DNA of 64,000 nucleotides from a virus (IMGVR_UViG_3300046507_000639:64001-128000); one strand, 5' to 3'; shown: positions 1-7,943, counted from the first letter of the stretch. Numbers and translations are program-made. Notes: generated by a model not told the origin, from the sequence alone.

Positions 1-166
1 GGCCCACCAGCTTGCAGACCTCGACCTGGACGTGCGGCTTGTCGAACTTGAGCGACTGCAGCAGGCCCTCGAGCGAAGAGCACTCCACCCCGTCGAACAC
101 GAAGGGGTGGGGCGCGAAGTTTGAGAGTGCTGAAGACGGGTAGCCCGACTTGGAGCCGATGTTCAT
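1..166 (-). CDS. NADAR-family protein (T4 gp30.3-like), partial, runs off the left edge
   Basis: Absent from the ORF track. Manual translation from ATG at 166 (ATGA overlap with the gp42 stop) gives MNIGSKSGYPSSALSNFAPHPFVFDGVECSSLEGLLQSLKF. LSNF..HPF..DG....S.E...Q..KF is the NADAR N-terminal signature. Confidence 0.7.
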   Translation of the reverse strand, partial: MNIGSKSGYPSSALSNFAPHPFVFDGVECSSLEGLLQSLKFDKPHVQVEVCKLVG

Positions 167-849
167 CCCGTGTAGTCCTCGATGAGGTGGAAGTGCCTCT
201 CGTATATGTGCAAATTCTGGACCTGCCAGGTGATAGTGCCTGGATCGATCCAGAGGCCTCCCTCGACTTCACGGTCAGACAGGTCACGCGCGAGCAGTTC
301 GAGCACGTGCTTCTGCCACGCGTAGTCGTTCTTGTAGCCGAAGACGACGTCGTTGGAGCGCATCTGGACTACCGCGTGCAGCAGGTCGTCACGGACGTAG
401 TACGTCACGGCATTCGTGCAGATGAAGTCGTTCTTGCCGTTCTCGTCGTACTCGACCCAGATGGACGGCCGGTTGTAGACCATCGTGGCTCGGCGTGAGT
501 CTGGATTGTTACGCAGTTCTCGTGACACGTTGACGTACTGCCTGTGGTACTTCGGCGAGTAGATCAGGTGTCCGTAGTTTGAGTTGATCTCGCCGTGCTC
601 ATTGGCCGTCGACTGCCAGGCCGCCGGGACTTTCTCGCCGATGTCGTTCACGTTGGTCGACATAGACTCGTACCACGTGATCTCTGCGTCGACGTAGTCC
701 TGGTTGACCGTGCCGAAGATGGCCGGCTCGTCGGCCAGGAACGAGGCGCCGATGATCTCAATCATCTTGTGACCGCCGCGACCTGTAGTGAAGTCACTGT
801 ACTGGTACTTGCTGATGAACTCTCGGCGCACGTCGCGGACGTTGGTCAT
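163..849 (-). CDS. gp42: dCMP hydroxymethylase (thymidylate synthase fold)
   Basis: Motifs EIIGASFLADEP, GEINSNYG, NPDSRR, DFICTN, MRSNDVVFGYKNDYAWQK and LHIYERHF closely match T4 gp42 as recalled. The dCMP-specifying Asp (KND) is retained. Confidence 0.9.
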   Translation of the reverse strand: MTNVRDVRREFISKYQYSDFTTGRGGHKMIEIIGASFLADEPAIFGTVNQDYVDAEITWYESMSTNVNDIGEKVPAAWQSTANEHGEINSNYGHLIYSPKYHRQYVNVSRELRNNPDSRRATMVYNRPSIWVEYDENGKNDFICTNAVTYYVRDDLLHAVVQMRSNDVVFGYKNDYAWQKHVLELLARDLSDREVEGGLWIDPGTITWQVQNLHIYERHFHLIEDYTG

Positions 850-851
850 GA

Positions 852-1391
852 TCAGGCTCCCATCGATTCTTCGAAGTCACGGTAGACGACGTTGCCGTAC
901 TTGTCGTAACAGAAAGCGTTCCCCATCGCGTCACGCAGCGGCCAAGCGTCACTGAGCGCGTTGGCGTCCATCACGCTCGTGCCGCCGTAGAATTCCCCCG
1001 TGTAGGCAGGAGTGTTTGGCGGCCTCAGGTTGTAGTCCTGCTTCTCGGTGACCTTATCAAACGGTCTGTTGAACACGTCTCGGTCCGGGCGCTGGCCGTC
1101 GATGCCGTGCCGTGAGTAAGACACGAAGAAGCTCGCGTAGTTGATGAGGTCCTTCGCGGTGTCCTCGAGTGACTCGAAGTTCGGCTCTCCGCCGGCGTCC
1201 ATGAGGCTGCGGATGCGGAGCATCTTGGTGTTCAGCATGTCGTAGATCGACTCGAGCCCTCGCGGGTAGTAGTCGGCCTGGCGCACCGTCGACTTGTCGT
1301 TCTGGTAGTCGCGAGCCTTCCTGTTCTGGAGCTCGATGCACTGACGGAGAACCTTTACGGACTCGCGCTCATCAGGAGTATGACCTTCCAT
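852..1391 (-). CDS. DUF1599 / nucleotide-modification-associated domain 1 protein (all-alpha NTP pyrophosphatase superfamily)
   Basis: RKARDYQ...K..RI..L...EPNFESLEDTAKDLINYA pattern. Start moved to ATG 1391, which has an AAAGGA SD. Confidence 0.7.
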   Translation of the reverse strand: MEGHTPDERESVKVLRQCIELQNRKARDYQNDKSTVRQADYYPRGLESIYDMLNTKMLRIRSLMDAGGEPNFESLEDTAKDLINYASFFVSYSRHGIDGQRPDRDVFNRPFDKVTEKQDYNLRPPNTPAYTGEFYGGTSVMDANALSDAWPLRDAMGNAFCYDKYGNVVYRDFEESMGA

Positions 1392-1403
1392 AGGTATCCT
1401 TTC

Positions 1404-1411
1404 TATAAATA
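1404..1411 (+). promoter_or_regulatory. T4-type late promoter TATAAATA
   Basis: Exact box upstream of the + strand ORF at 1460. Confidence 0.75.
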
Positions 1412-1417
1412 TGAGAA

Positions 1418-1446
1418 ACAGTAACACATTTCTGCAATTTTGTCAA
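1418..1446 (-). promoter_or_regulatory. sigma70-like early promoter
   Basis: TTGACA-N17-TACTGT upstream of the DUF1599/gp42 operon. Confidence 0.7.
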
Positions 1447-1459
1447 CCAGGAGAGACAC

Positions 1460-1738
1460 GTGTCTACAGCCCTAGTAATCTTTGGAAAAAACAAGCGCGG
1501 GCCTGTGCTTGACTCGACGTTCACGTCGCAGTCAGTGGGCAACGCCGTGTCAAACGCGTGCCCTGCGTCGTTCAACTACGTGTCGGTGACGGCCGTGACC
1601 GGCAACGTCTACGTCGCGTTCGGTAACACTACCGTGACGGCTAACGCGTCGACCGACCCGCGGGCGTGGATACCCTCGGGGTCGACCCTCTCGTTCAGCT
1701 GCAACGTCGGCACCACGGTGTCGGTCACTGACGGTTAA
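1460..1738 (+). CDS. Small beta-rich putative virion protein (92 aa)
   Basis: GTG start with AGGAG SD, preceded by a late promoter. S/T/V/N-rich composition like the structural genes. Confidence 0.65.
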   Translation: MSTALVIFGKNKRGPVLDSTFTSQSVGNAVSNACPASFNYVSVTAVTGNVYVAFGNTTVTANASTDPRAWIPSGSTLSFSCNVGTTVSVTDG

Positions 1739-2370
1739 TCGTTGATGTGGTCGAGGTCCGCCTCGGCCCTTATGATAGCCTGAAGCCTCATGACCTCGGC
1801 GGCGACGTCGTGCGTCGAGTCGTGGGGCACGAAGACCTCGTTCCACTTGGCCTCGTCCGTGAACGGGCAGAAGCTGTTCTTCACCTTGAAGTCGAACTTC
1901 GCGTCGATGAAAGTGCGGGTGTCTCGGACGGCCCAGTACTTCAGCAGGTCCTGTACCCTCGCCAGGTTACCCGTGTCGCGAGCGGTCCTCCACAGGATGA
2001 TCGGGTCGAACGTGTTGGACCTGCTCCACCAGTAGCTGATCTTCTTCGCGCCGGCGACGTAGTCGAGGTGCTGCTCGACCGCGTGTGCCAGCTTCTGGTC
2101 AGACGTGCTAGGCTTGAGGATGGACCGGGCCTTGGCGCCCTGCTGGCTCCACCACTCGAGGGTGGACTGCTCGATCTTGTACCCGTAGGTCTTGACCTGG
2201 TCCTCGACCTCGAACTTGACGCTCTTCACGTCCTTGATCAGCTCGCTGAAGCGGTACGGCTCCATGACGGAGGTGAACCGCGCCCGGTCGAAGTTGTAGA
2301 AAGAGACGTTCAGCACCGGACAGGTGTACACGTCCTGGCCTAGGGTCTCGTAGTCAAAGATATGGTCCAT
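1735..2370 (-). CDS. dexA: DexA-like 3'-5' exonuclease (DnaQ/DEDDh)
   Basis: N-terminal IFDYETLG (ExoI), WSRSNTFDPIIL (ExoII) and HDSTHD (ExoIII). True start at ATG 2370 with a GGAG SD; the longer ORF-track extension overlaps the upstream gene. Confidence 0.75.
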   Translation of the reverse strand: MDHIFDYETLGQDVYTCPVLNVSFYNFDRARFTSVMEPYRFSELIKDVKSVKFEVEDQVKTYGYKIEQSTLEWWSQQGAKARSILKPSTSDQKLAHAVEQHLDYVAGAKKISYWWSRSNTFDPIILWRTARDTGNLARVQDLLKYWAVRDTRTFIDAKFDFKVKNSFCPFTDEAKWNEVFVPHDSTHDVAAEVMRLQAIIRAEADLDHIND

Positions 2371-2390
2371 AGTTTCTCCATTGTGAAGCG

Positions 2391-3986
2391 TTAGAGTGCG
2401 GCGGCCTTGAAGTCTTCCACGTGGATGCCGGTCGTGGTGCTCTGGGCGTTGCCCGCCCGGATGCCGGGTGAACCAGCCGCGGTGATGGCGGTGTCGGTCA
2501 CGGATATGATCTGAGTGCCGTTGACGCTGACGGATATAGTGCTGCCCACCATGCTGAGCCTCAGCACCTTGGTGCCGCTCGTGAAGGTGTCCGCGACGTT
2601 CGATCCGAGCTGAGTGGACGTGCCGGCGACGGTCTTGAACAGCTGCCACGAGTTGACAGACCCGCTCCACCGCGCGAAGTACAGGGTGTTGGCAGCAGCG
2701 GCCATTCGTCCTGCCACGCCGATGTTCTCCAGAGAAACGGTCGACACCCACGTGAGGGTCGCCTCGACGTAGTAGTCAGCCGTCGGCGGCGTGCCCGATG
2801 CGTGGTAGACGCCAGAGCCCGTAGGCGAGTACAGGCGGTTGTTCTGGATGGCAGACGGCGTTCCCGGCACGTACCCGCTCTGGACCACCCAGGGTCCGCC
2901 CTGCTCGGCGGTGTGCGAGGTGATGGCCACGCCGTTGGTGTCAGTGAAGGTGTCGTTGACGAAGGTAGACTGGGCGACAGTCACCGTAACCGTGATCGTC
3001 TGGTTGGTGGCGTTGCCCGCGGTGTCCGTCGCAGTCACTTGGACCACGTAGGTGTTGTTGGCGTCGCTGTCGACCGGAGAAGCGAAGGTCTTCGCGGTCA
3101 TCGACAACGTAGAACCAGTGAGGGTAAACAGTGACGCGTCTGCTCCACCGGTCTTCGTCCACGTCACGGTCTCGTTCGCCGTCAGGTTCATTGAGAAGGC
3201 GTTGGCTTCCACGACCGACTGCGTGGCGCTGCTGGTGATGGTCGGCGGGGTCGTGTCGGCGGGGAGAGCAGTCGGTACGCGAGTGGCCGCGAGCACGGCC
3301 GCGGCGATGACCGCGTGTCCGTTGTCGAGTGGGTGGATGTTGTCGGCGGGGTCGATCAGTGACGAGCCGCCGTTGTCCCTCATGGCGGAGTAGCTGTCAG
3401 CGTAATAGACGCCGAACTCCTGTGCCAATGCCTTGACGCCGGCCACGCCGGCTTCGAAGCCCGCTCGCGTCTGACCGGTGAAGCCGGCTGAGCCAGAGTT
3501 CAGTCCGACGTCGCTGATCCAGTGCGGTGAGACCATGCATATGTCTGCCTGCGTGTACCCCAAGGTAAGCAGACCGTTCAGCACTTCGCGGTAGTCGTTG
3601 AGGAGGTTGGCAGTGTTGAACGTCGCCGGAGCACCGGTGTACCGCAGGTCGTTGAAGCCATAGGCGATGATGCAGAACGCCCTCTTGTTCGTGCCCGTGA
3701 TGTCAGTCACGTAGCGGTCGCGACCGTTGCTGGCGCGAGGCTGCCCGGTAGAGTCTGGGCTGTTCTGCATGACGGTGCCGGGGATGCCCTGGTTGAGCAG
3801 CGTAGCGCTCTTAGCCGTGGCCACCAGGTTCGCCCAGCGGTTGGCCGTGACTGACGCGTTCACACCTGCCGTGATGCTGTCACCGAAGGCGACTATCGAG
3901 GCGAAGGTGGCGGGGAGGGGCAGAGCCGGGCTCTTCCTCCTGTGCGGGTGTAGTCCAAAGCCGAAGCCTGTGTCAAATCCTGGCAT
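2391..3986 (-). CDS. SGNH/GDSL esterase + cadherin/Ig-like domain + beta-sandwich (lectin-like) domain; putative virion-associated protein
   Basis: SGNH blocks FGDSIT, NQGIPG, YGFND and DNIHP are all present. PPTITSS...SPVDSDANNTYVVQVTATD is a cadherin-like domain. Confidence 0.8.
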   Translation of the reverse strand: MPGFDTGFGFGLHPHRRKSPALPLPATFASIVAFGDSITAGVNASVTANRWANLVATAKSATLLNQGIPGTVMQNSPDSTGQPRASNGRDRYVTDITGTNKRAFCIIAYGFNDLRYTGAPATFNTANLLNDYREVLNGLLTLGYTQADICMVSPHWISDVGLNSGSAGFTGQTRAGFEAGVAGVKALAQEFGVYYADSYSAMRDNGGSSLIDPADNIHPLDNGHAVIAAAVLAATRVPTALPADTTPPTITSSATQSVVEANAFSMNLTANETVTWTKTGGADASLFTLTGSTLSMTAKTFASPVDSDANNTYVVQVTATDTAGNATNQTITVTVTVAQSTFVNDTFTDTNGVAITSHTAEQGGPWVVQSGYVPGTPSAIQNNRLYSPTGSGVYHASGTPPTADYYVEATLTWVSTVSLENIGVAGRMAAAANTLYFARWSGSVNSWQLFKTVAGTSTQLGSNVADTFTSGTKVLRLSMVGSTISVSVNGTQIISVTDTAITAAGSPGIRAGNAQSTTTGIHVEDFKAAAL

Positions 3987-3998
3987 GCGATGTTCCTG

Positions 3999-5009
3999 TT
4001 AGGCCTTTATGGCCATGTAGACGTAGTCACTGACTGACGCGTTCACGGTGACGCTCGTGCTGGTTATGGTGAAGCCGGTCGCGTTGACGTCGAGAGTATC
4101 GGACGACACTTCAGCGGTGGCTGCGTTGGGGTTGATGGCCATGTCGCCCGGGCCGGTCGGTATCCCTCGCGCGGTGTCGAGGATGAGCCAGTTGCCCGTT
4201 CCTCCCGAGATGCGCCGGATGAACAAGAACTGTGGCTGCCACCCCAGAGAGACGGACGGACCGGCCACGAGGCCGTTGCCGGTGTACTTGCCGCACTGGA
4301 TAATGCCCGTGGGGTCGTGGGCGAACACCCACATGACGTACGTGCCGCCGAGCGCGTTAACGATGGCGTTGTTACCCAGGTAGACGTTGGTGGCGTCGGA
4401 AGGCTGACCGCCGAAGGTGACGTCGTTGACGGTCGGCAGCGCGCTGTCGTTGAGCAGGTTGTACTGGTGCCCGGGGTTGCTCTGTATGTGGCTGACCGCG
4501 GGAGAACCTGCGCTGTCACGTCTCTTGACGATGATCAGTCCAGGCGTCACTCCGAGGGAGTGGGGGACGGCCTTGAGAGCGTTACCGTCACCGGTGTAGG
4601 CGATGACGTCGAAGAACCGAGCAGCCTTCTTGAACGTCCACCCGACGTAGGTAGAGGCGGCGGTGTTGACGCCTGTGGACGCGCCGAGGGAGAAGCCGTT
4701 GTTGTTGTAAGTATTCATGCTGTCGGGCAGCGACTGGGATGAGCCAGTGCTGATCGGCAGGTAGACGTTCGCCCCGCGCACGGTGTCAAAGAACTTCCAG
4801 CTTCCTGCGCCGTTTCGGTCCTTCGTGAGGACCATGCCGCCGGCCGTGAGGTCGACGCCGTTGACGACGTTCTGTGCTACGCCCGTGCCCGTCCACAACG
4901 AGGCCGAGAACACAGACGAAGGCGTCGGAGCCGGTGGGCCCGACGGTGTCGCGGGTGCTGCCCTCTTGGGGTGGTGGCCGAAGCCGAAACTTAGTTCGAA
5001 ACCTGGCAT
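3999..5009 (-). CDS. YTGNG-repeat putative virion fibre/appendage protein
   Basis: Three repeats (LWTGTG, AYTGDG, KYTGNG) each followed by G..P..+++K/RR, typical of phage virion appendage proteins. Confidence 0.65.
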   Translation of the reverse strand: MPGFELSFGFGHHPKRAAPATPSGPPAPTPSSVFSASLWTGTGVAQNVVNGVDLTAGGMVLTKDRNGAGSWKFFDTVRGANVYLPISTGSSQSLPDSMNTYNNNGFSLGASTGVNTAASTYVGWTFKKAARFFDVIAYTGDGNALKAVPHSLGVTPGLIIVKRRDSAGSPAVSHIQSNPGHQYNLLNDSALPTVNDVTFGGQPSDATNVYLGNNAIVNALGGTYVMWVFAHDPTGIIQCGKYTGNGLVAGPSVSLGWQPQFLFIRRISGGTGNWLILDTARGIPTGPGDMAINPNAATAEVSSDTLDVNATGFTITSTSVTVNASVSDYVYMAIKA

Positions 5010-5010
5010 G

Positions 5011-5241
5011 TCAAAGTACTTTCTCCATTAGGACTCCCAGCCCGTGAAGCAGGGTAAAGATGAACGACACGGCGCCGATGACTATGAGCACTATGAAGAA
5101 GTTGTAGTAGATCGCCGCGATGACTACCGCGGCGAGGATCAGCGTACATACTGCTAGGAAGGCTACTGCAAGCGCCGATGAAAATCTGCTGAGCAGGCTC
5201 AGACTTCTCCACCGACCGCAGATCTCTCCCAGGTACCCCAC
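5011..5241 (-). CDS. Small membrane protein
   Basis: Two hydrophobic stretches; start uncertain. Confidence 0.4.
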   Translation of the reverse strand: MGYLGEICGRWRSLSLLSRFSSALAVAFLAVCTLILAAVVIAAIYYNFFIVLIVIGAVSFIFTLLHGLGVLMEKVL

Positions 5242-5792
5242 TTGTCGCTGTTACACCTCTTGATGACGGTGCTCTCGTGGCACCCCATCGCCTTCGCGGC
5301 TTCGGTAGCGCTGTTGAATTCTCGGCCGTCGATCCGATAGACGTATTTATGCGACGTCTTATCCCACTTCGTGAGCTTGATGCCCGCGGCGGCGTACTGC
5401 TGCTTCCAGTGGGTGAGGTTCGGGTCTGACTGGTACTTGATGAGCTGAGAGTTCTCTTTGCTCGTCACGAAGTGCACTCGCGCGCGTGACTGCATGAACT
5501 TCTCAAAGCGGTCGATCCGGTCAGCGGACAGTATGCCCTTCTGCATGAGGTCGACCATCTTCTTGGCGCTCTGGGTGCGTGAGAAGTAGTGCTCGCGGCA
5601 CACGTCTTTCGACAGGAGACCGGATGCGGCCTCGCTCACCCAGCCGGTGTGGTTCTTCGGGCACTGGTAGATGACGTCCGAGATGGTGGTGACCATCCGC
5701 TTGTAGTAGTCGGGATCGTACCCGAACTTCTGCCAGCCCTCAAACAGGGCGATGCTGATCTTCGTTGCTGTCTTGTATTTCGATTCGTTCAT
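5199..5792 (-). CDS. Putative free-standing endonuclease (HNH-like core + C-terminal NUMOD1-like HTH)
   Basis: REHYFSR...VHFVTSKEN resembles a beta-beta-alpha-metal site. IDGREFNSATEAAKAMGCHESTVIKRC is NUMOD1-like. Start placed at ATG 5792. Confidence 0.55.
   Translation of the reverse strand: MNESKYKTATKISIALFEGWQKFGYDPDYYKRMVTTISDVIYQCPKNHTGWVSEAASGLLSKDVCREHYFSRTQSAKKMVDLMQKGILSADRIDRFEKFMQSRARVHFVTSKENSQLIKYQSDPNLTHWKQQYAAAGIKLTKWDKTSHKYVYRIDGREFNSATEAAKAMGCHESTVIKRCNSDKWGTWERSAVGGEV
5344..5351 (-). promoter_or_regulatory. Late-promoter variant CATAAATA embedded in CDS
   Basis: Atypical CAT AAA codons; upstream of the two putative virion genes at 2391-5009. Confidence 0.5.
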
Positions 5793-5955
5793 ATTGAATA
5801 AGTAATTTGAGAAAATTGTAGTGCTCCCCCGAGACGAGTATCTTAAACCGAGGGGAGTCAACCTCCCGCACGTCCACGAAGTCCAGGTCACAGGACTTCA
5901 CCATGCGGGAGAGTTCGAGTATCGGGAAGGATGCCTTGACTTCAAGTGTGTACAT
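5740..5955 (-). CDS. Hypothetical protein (71 aa)
   Basis: GAGGAG SD; first ORF after the promoter at 5979-6007. Confidence 0.6.
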   Translation of the reverse strand: MYTLEVKASFPILELSRMVKSCDLDFVDVREVDSPRFKILVSGEHYNFLKLLIQYERIEIQDSNEDQHRPV

Positions 5956-5978
5956 GACGAAACTCCTCGGTCATTCTC

Positions 5979-6007
5979 ATAATAAACCGAGGAGCTCAAG
6001 ATGTAAA
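5979..6007 (-). promoter_or_regulatory. sigma70-like early promoter
   Basis: TTTACA-N17-TATTAT. Confidence 0.7.
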
Positions 6008-6017
6008 CGATTAAATT

Positions 6018-6578
6018 TCAGAAACCCGGTTCACTCTCGAGGTAGTCCTCGGCGTTGAGTCTCCTGCCGCACTTCGCGCAGTTCACGTCGTAGATGTAAG
6101 CTGAGCGGTGGCTCACGGTGAAGCCGTGATGATCACTTCGATGCTGGTACCCGCGCTCGGTCTCAGTGACGCAGTCACAGACGAAGACCGTCAGCTTGCC
6201 GTGGTTTCCCTCGTGGGAAGGCGGAGTCCAGCCCTCGGGCTTGATGAGGTCGGGCAGACCCAGCGGGTTCGGCCGGCTCTCTTTGACTCCGACGGCCTTG
6301 AGCATGTTCTTCTGGAGGACTCGGTCCCAGGCTTCTTGGCCGTCGACGCCGTAGAGGTCGAGCGTGCCGATGGCGACGACACAAATGTCGATGAGCGCGT
6401 CGACGACTTCTTCGGGGTTCTTCAGGTTGCCCTGGAGCTCTTTGTACTCCTCACCAATGAAGTTCGCACGGAACTTCAGGTACTTGCGCAGCTTGTCGAC
6501 CGACAGGGAGTCTACGGCCTCATGGAAGCCGTAGTGTACGTGCATGTCGTGTATGTCTTTGAACCAGTTAGATGACAA
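6018..6578 (-). CDS. MazG/PRA-PH-like dNTP pyrophosphatase (candidate dCTPase) with a C-terminal Cys-rich extension
   Basis: FIGEEYKEL...EEVVDALIDI acidic metal-binding helices and KN..K..G.K..RP....PDL.KPEGW..P. Confidence 0.7.
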   Translation of the reverse strand: MSSNWFKDIHDMHVHYGFHEAVDSLSVDKLRKYLKFRANFIGEEYKELQGNLKNPEEVVDALIDICVVAIGTLDLYGVDGQEAWDRVLQKNMLKAVGVKESRPNPLGLPDLIKPEGWTPPSHEGNHGKLTVFVCDCVTETERGYQHRSDHHGFTVSHRSAYIYDVNCAKCGRRLNAEDYLESEPGF

Positions 6579-6579
6579 A

Positions 6580-7050
6580 TTATCTCTTTCTCTTCTTCAT
6601 TCGCTTGAACGCGAGCTCTCGGTGGTAGCGAGTGGCCTTCTCGTAGAAAACTTCTCCCGCCAGGTGGTCGAGCTCGTGCAGCACTACTCGGGCCGTGAGG
6701 CCGTGGAACTCTCGGGTGATGGTCTCACCGTTGGGCATGGTGAAGCGGAGTCGGACTCCCTCGGGGCGCTTGATCTTGACGATCAGGTTCGGCCAGCTGA
6801 GGCACCCCTCGTCGAGGTAGACCTCTTCGCCCAGGTAGTCGACCACTCGCGGGTTGAACGCCGCGATGATCGGGTCGCTCTTGATCACGAAGACGCTGTA
6901 CGGGAAGCCGACCTGGTTGGCCGCCAGGCCTGCGCCGTTCTCGCGCAGCATGGTCTCGGTGAGGATCGTCGCGAGCTCGACGGGATCGATCGGAGGGTCG
7001 GCAAAGTCGAACCGCTCCGTCTTGGCTCGGAGGTACTCGTCACTCAGCAA
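6580..7050 (-). CDS. def: Peptide deformylase
   Basis: All three PDF motifs present: GAGLAANQ, EGCLS, HELDH. Confidence 0.92.
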   Translation of the reverse strand: MLSDEYLRAKTERFDFADPPIDPVELATILTETMLRENGAGLAANQVGFPYSVFVIKSDPIIAAFNPRVVDYLGEEVYLDEGCLSWPNLIVKIKRPEGVRLRFTMPNGETITREFHGLTARVVLHELDHLAGEVFYEKATRYHRELAFKRMKKRKR

Positions 7051-7475
7051 GTGGCGAACTCCAGGAGGTTGTTCACGTGGAGAGAGTACAGCTTGAAGTA
7101 CGCGTCACCGTCGACCACTCCGTCGTTGATGAGCCACTCGAGGCCGTTCACCGGGATGGCGGACACGTCGTTGGCGTCGTCAGCCGAGAGTACCAGCACG
7201 TTGTCGAAAGACACGCCGCCGGTAAGCTGGGAGAGCGCCGATGCAGTCGGGTTCGTGAGGAACGACTGGATGTAGTTCCGCTGCATACGGTTCTGCACCA
7301 GGACGACGATCTTGGCGTCGGTGCCGGCGTAGATGACCGAGAACTCGCGGGCCAGTCGGAGAACGAAGGTCGTTACGCCCGAGCCGCGCGGCAGCGTGAA
7401 GGCCTTAGAGTAGTCGCCCTTGGACGAGAGTACGTCCGAGAAGAGGCGTTCCTGCCAGAACTGCTTGTCAGTCAT
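7044..7475 (-). CDS. Hypothetical protein with a degenerate P-loop
   Basis: LPRGSGVTT resembles a Walker A motif lacking Lys. Start at ATG 7475 with a GGAG SD. Confidence 0.55.
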   Translation of the reverse strand: MTDKQFWQERLFSDVLSSKGDYSKAFTLPRGSGVTTFVLRLAREFSVIYAGTDAKIVVLVQNRMQRNYIQSFLTNPTASALSQLTGGVSFDNVLVLSADDANDVSAIPVNGLEWLINDGVVDGDAYFKLYSLHVNNLLEFATC

Positions 7476-7647
7476 TGATCGGCTCCACCGTGTAGTTCTT
7501 GAGGCGCATGTTTTCTGCGGCGTCACGGGCCTCGTTGAGGCTGTTGTACGTCGCCGGCTTCGGGTCACCCGAAGAAGTGTACTCCGAGAAAGACATCATC
7601 CACGTCGTCGTGCCGTCTTCCCACTGAACCTTTATTCCGTGCTTCAT
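7468..7647 (-). CDS. Hypothetical protein (59 aa)
   Basis: Absent from the ORF track. MKHGIKVQWEDGTTTWMMSF...EPIND fills the gap, overlaps both neighbours, and has phage-like codon usage. Confidence 0.6.
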   Translation of the reverse strand: MKHGIKVQWEDGTTTWMMSFSEYTSSGDPKPATYNSLNEARDAAENMRLKNYTVEPIND

Positions 7648-7904
7648 TTCTTTTCCCTCTTGTCGACGACCGTCGCCCTCACCTGGTAGTTAGGTTGGAA
7701 CGAGTCGAGTGATCTGTTTAGGTAGGCTTGGACCATGACCTCAATGTTTGCACCGAGCTTCTCGACAGTGATATCGACTGTCGCCTCGGCTTCTCTCATG
7801 AGGTTAGCCTTGAGGTCTCGCATGAACATTTCTGTCACAGCGCGGCTGAGGACCGAGTCATCGAGGATTGGATGACCGTCGTATGTTTCTAGTTGAATTG
7901 CCAT
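7644..7904 (-). CDS. Hypothetical protein
   Basis: GGAG SD before MAIQLE; follows the promoter at 7915-7943. Confidence 0.6.
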   Translation of the reverse strand: MAIQLETYDGHPILDDSVLSRAVTEMFMRDLKANLMREAEATVDITVEKLGANIEVMVQAYLNRSLDSFQPNYQVRATVVDKREKK

Positions 7905-7914
7905 TGATGTCTCC

Positions 7915-7943
7915 ATACTATACTGTGATTAAAGAAATGTCAA
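7915..7943 (-). promoter_or_regulatory. sigma70-like early promoter
   Basis: TTGACA-N17-TAGTAT. Confidence 0.72.

Noticed and set aside
163-849. Thymidylate synthase (thyA/td) call
   Set aside because: The motifs match T4 gp42, and the substrate-specifying residue is Asp (KND) rather than the Asn of dUMP-specific enzymes.
2371-2751. N-terminal extension of the 338-aa ORF
   Set aside because: It overlaps the SGNH gene out of frame. The DexA motif and SD place the start at 2370.
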